A stretch of 28,495 bases of DNA from Bdellovibrionota bacterium (GTDB taxonomy: Bacteria; Bdellovibrionota_C; UBA2361; JBIKUX01), in NCBI GenBank assembly GCA_044347345.1, contig JBIKUX010000028.1:1-28495 (forward strand), read 5' to 3'. The notes under the pieces were generated by a model that was not told the origin of the DNA, made no database searches, and saw nothing but the letters and a program-made list of their open reading frames with translations. Positions 27,355 through 28,495 of the stretch are shown here, in pieces. The stretch's first letter is position 1; every line of letters begins with the position of its first letter. Position numbers and translations under genes: made by a program.

Positions 27355-27705
27355 TTAGGCCTTCGCAGGTGGGCCTTTGTTGTACTGAAAATAGCTAGGA
27401 TTGAGTATCTTTTTAGAAAAACAAAAATTTCCAACCTTATCAAAATCAGTTAGCGGAAAAAAGTAAATAAAAATAGCATCATTTAAGGTTACATAATAAT
27501 GGTAAGCACAAATTTTACAACTTGCATCGGCTGATGCATTAGATTCTTTCACAACCAGCGCATCTTGCTCAGAATAATTCTTATCACCCGCACTTTTGTG
27601 ATGATGCCAAAGAGAAACAGGAGTTGCAATGAATGTATACAATATCAACAGGAAAGCTGTTAATAAATTTGTATAGTTTCTTTTTAATTTCAATAAATGC
27701 AACAT
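27355..27705 (-). CDS. DUF2946-like small leader protein
   Basis: N-terminal TM, WHHHK, CKIC and C-terminal KGPP. Confidence 0.6.
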   Translation of the reverse strand: MLHLLKLKRNYTNLLTAFLLILYTFIATPVSLWHHHKSAGDKNYSEQDALVVKESNASADASCKICAYHYYVTLNDAIFIYFFPLTDFDKVGNFCFSKKILNPSYFQYNKGPPAKA

Positions 27706-27718
27706 TGTTGCAAAAGTA
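27698..27718 (-). promoter_or_regulatory. Zur/Fur-type operator overlapping a -7 promoter element
   Basis: Palindrome TGCAAC-ATT-GTTGCA at 27698-27712; TACTTTTG (TAnnTTTG) on the minus strand at 27718-27711; heads an operon with a COG0523 gene. Confidence 0.7.
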
Positions 27719-27864
27719 GGGTATTTTTCTTCACAAAATTCTCTTGTCTACACTTGATTCATCTAGCTGCGTTCTCATTACTTTCCTTTCGCAGATATTA
27801 ATTCGTTCTACAAAAGCACAAAGCCTTTCAACACATTCATTTTGAACAAGATATTGTAGGGACC

Positions 27865-27945
27865 CTATATATCAGGCGATCCAAATTTTGAGGCATTTAC
27901 TAAATCTTTAAGTATCTCGTTCGAACTCAGTCCAGCAAAGGGCAC
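27865..27945 (-). repeat. Right end (attR-like) of island 2 with a homologous recombinase tail
   Basis: 33 bp (27913-27945) identical to 15724-15756; minus strand reads VPFAGLSSNEILKDLVNASKFGSPDI*. Confidence 0.88.
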
Positions 27946-27979
27946 AAAGCCCCCAACACGAAGTGTTGAGGGCTTTTTT
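27946..27979 (+). terminator. Intrinsic terminator, probably the original one downstream of the target tRNA
   Basis: AAAGCCCCCAACAC-GAA-GTGTTGAGGGCTTT followed by Ts, immediately after GGGCAC. Confidence 0.7.
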
Positions 27980-28108
27980 AGTTGGTGCGTGGCAAGTTTA
28001 CTTGCCTAAGCAGACAAGTAAAAAGCCCGTCACGGCGAAGCCGTGTGGGGCTTTGGGTAAGACCAATTTAAAGCGATGTGTGAGCGTAGCGAACACCATC
28101 CAGTCCTG
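27970..28108 (+). repeat. About 140-bp structured repeat, copy 2
   Basis: Colinear with 19814-19953. Confidence 0.9.
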
Positions 28109-28147
28109 AAAAAAAAGCACACCCCCTTCTTCAAAAGGAAGATGTGC
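28109..28147 (-). terminator. Intrinsic terminator of the TonB-dependent receptor gene
   Basis: Minus strand GCACATCTTCC...GGGGGTGTGC followed by a long U tract, about 20 nt after the stop. Confidence 0.65.
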
Positions 28148-28166
28148 CATATTCATCAGTTACTTT

Positions 28167-28495
28167 TTAGAACGAGTAGCGAACAGTAAGCTGGCCTCTC
28201 CAACGCGTGGAGAGGTAGTTGCTGCCGCGTATATCCAAAATATCTCCAGCCTTTGAGTTTATAATATTACGATAGGTAAACCGGGGGGTAAGCGTATTAC
28301 CAGTTACACGGTATCCCTCCATGCTGATGAGAGAAAAGGCATCAACACCGGGCGTTACATAGATCTTTCCCCAGTTACGGCTCAGGAAATTAGTAAAGTT
28401 AAACATATCAAATATCACTGAAACTTTGTGTGCATACTTTCCTTTTCCCAGCATTAGGTCCTCTTGCAACTTAAGATCAATCACATTACTCCAGG
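28167..28495 (-). CDS. TonB-dependent receptor (Oar-like), 3' end only
   Basis: DMFNFTNFLSRNWG and terminal beta-strand RWRGQLTVRYSF ending in Phe; frame enters from the window edge. Confidence 0.8.
   Translation of the reverse strand, partial: WSNVIDLKLQEDLMLGKGKYAHKVSVIFDMFNFTNFLSRNWGKIYVTPGVDAFSLISMEGYRVTGNTLTPRFTYRNIINSKAGDILDIRGSNYLSTRWRGQLTVRYSF

Larger units (their letters stand above)
15755..27945. mobile_element. Island 2: recombinase-less island with the same ends as island 1
   Basis: Left 47 bp identical to island 1; 27913-27945 identical to 15724-15756; no recombinase ORF inside. Confidence 0.7.

Overview
AT-rich DNA that looks Bacteroidetes-like (TAnnTTTG promoters, TonB-dependent receptor, lipoproteins). 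The window holds two islands in tandem at what appears to be one tRNA-type integration site; the tRNA itself would lie just left of base 1 and is inferred, not seen. Island 1 (1-15756) starts with a large serine recombinase on the minus strand (1580 to the window edge; missed by the ORF track because it has no stop in the window), four small core ORFs and a 10-bp-phased repeat tract. About 12 kb of small envelope/immunity-like cargo genes follow, punctuated by six degenerate copies of the element's own right-end sequence (TGTCAGCTTCCCCGAAGATCGGCCATTTAG...). The last 26 codons of the recombinase are not next to the gene: they lie at the far right end (15676-15756), in frame across the att site, so the full gene should form only on excision/circularisation. 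The cargo includes an integron-cassette-derived block with a degenerate attC, two IS left-end remnants, a duplicated two-gene module and several broken genes. Island 2 (15755-27945) has the same left end and a homologous right end but no recombinase. It carries a PhoX-like/di-haem peroxidase/cytochrome c cluster and a Zur-box-preceded zinc-starvation cluster (ABC transporter, COG0523 GTPase, MerC-like protein, broken acid phosphatase). The window ends in the 3' end of a TonB-dependent receptor gene. All family assignments are from motif recognition by eye, not from database searches.
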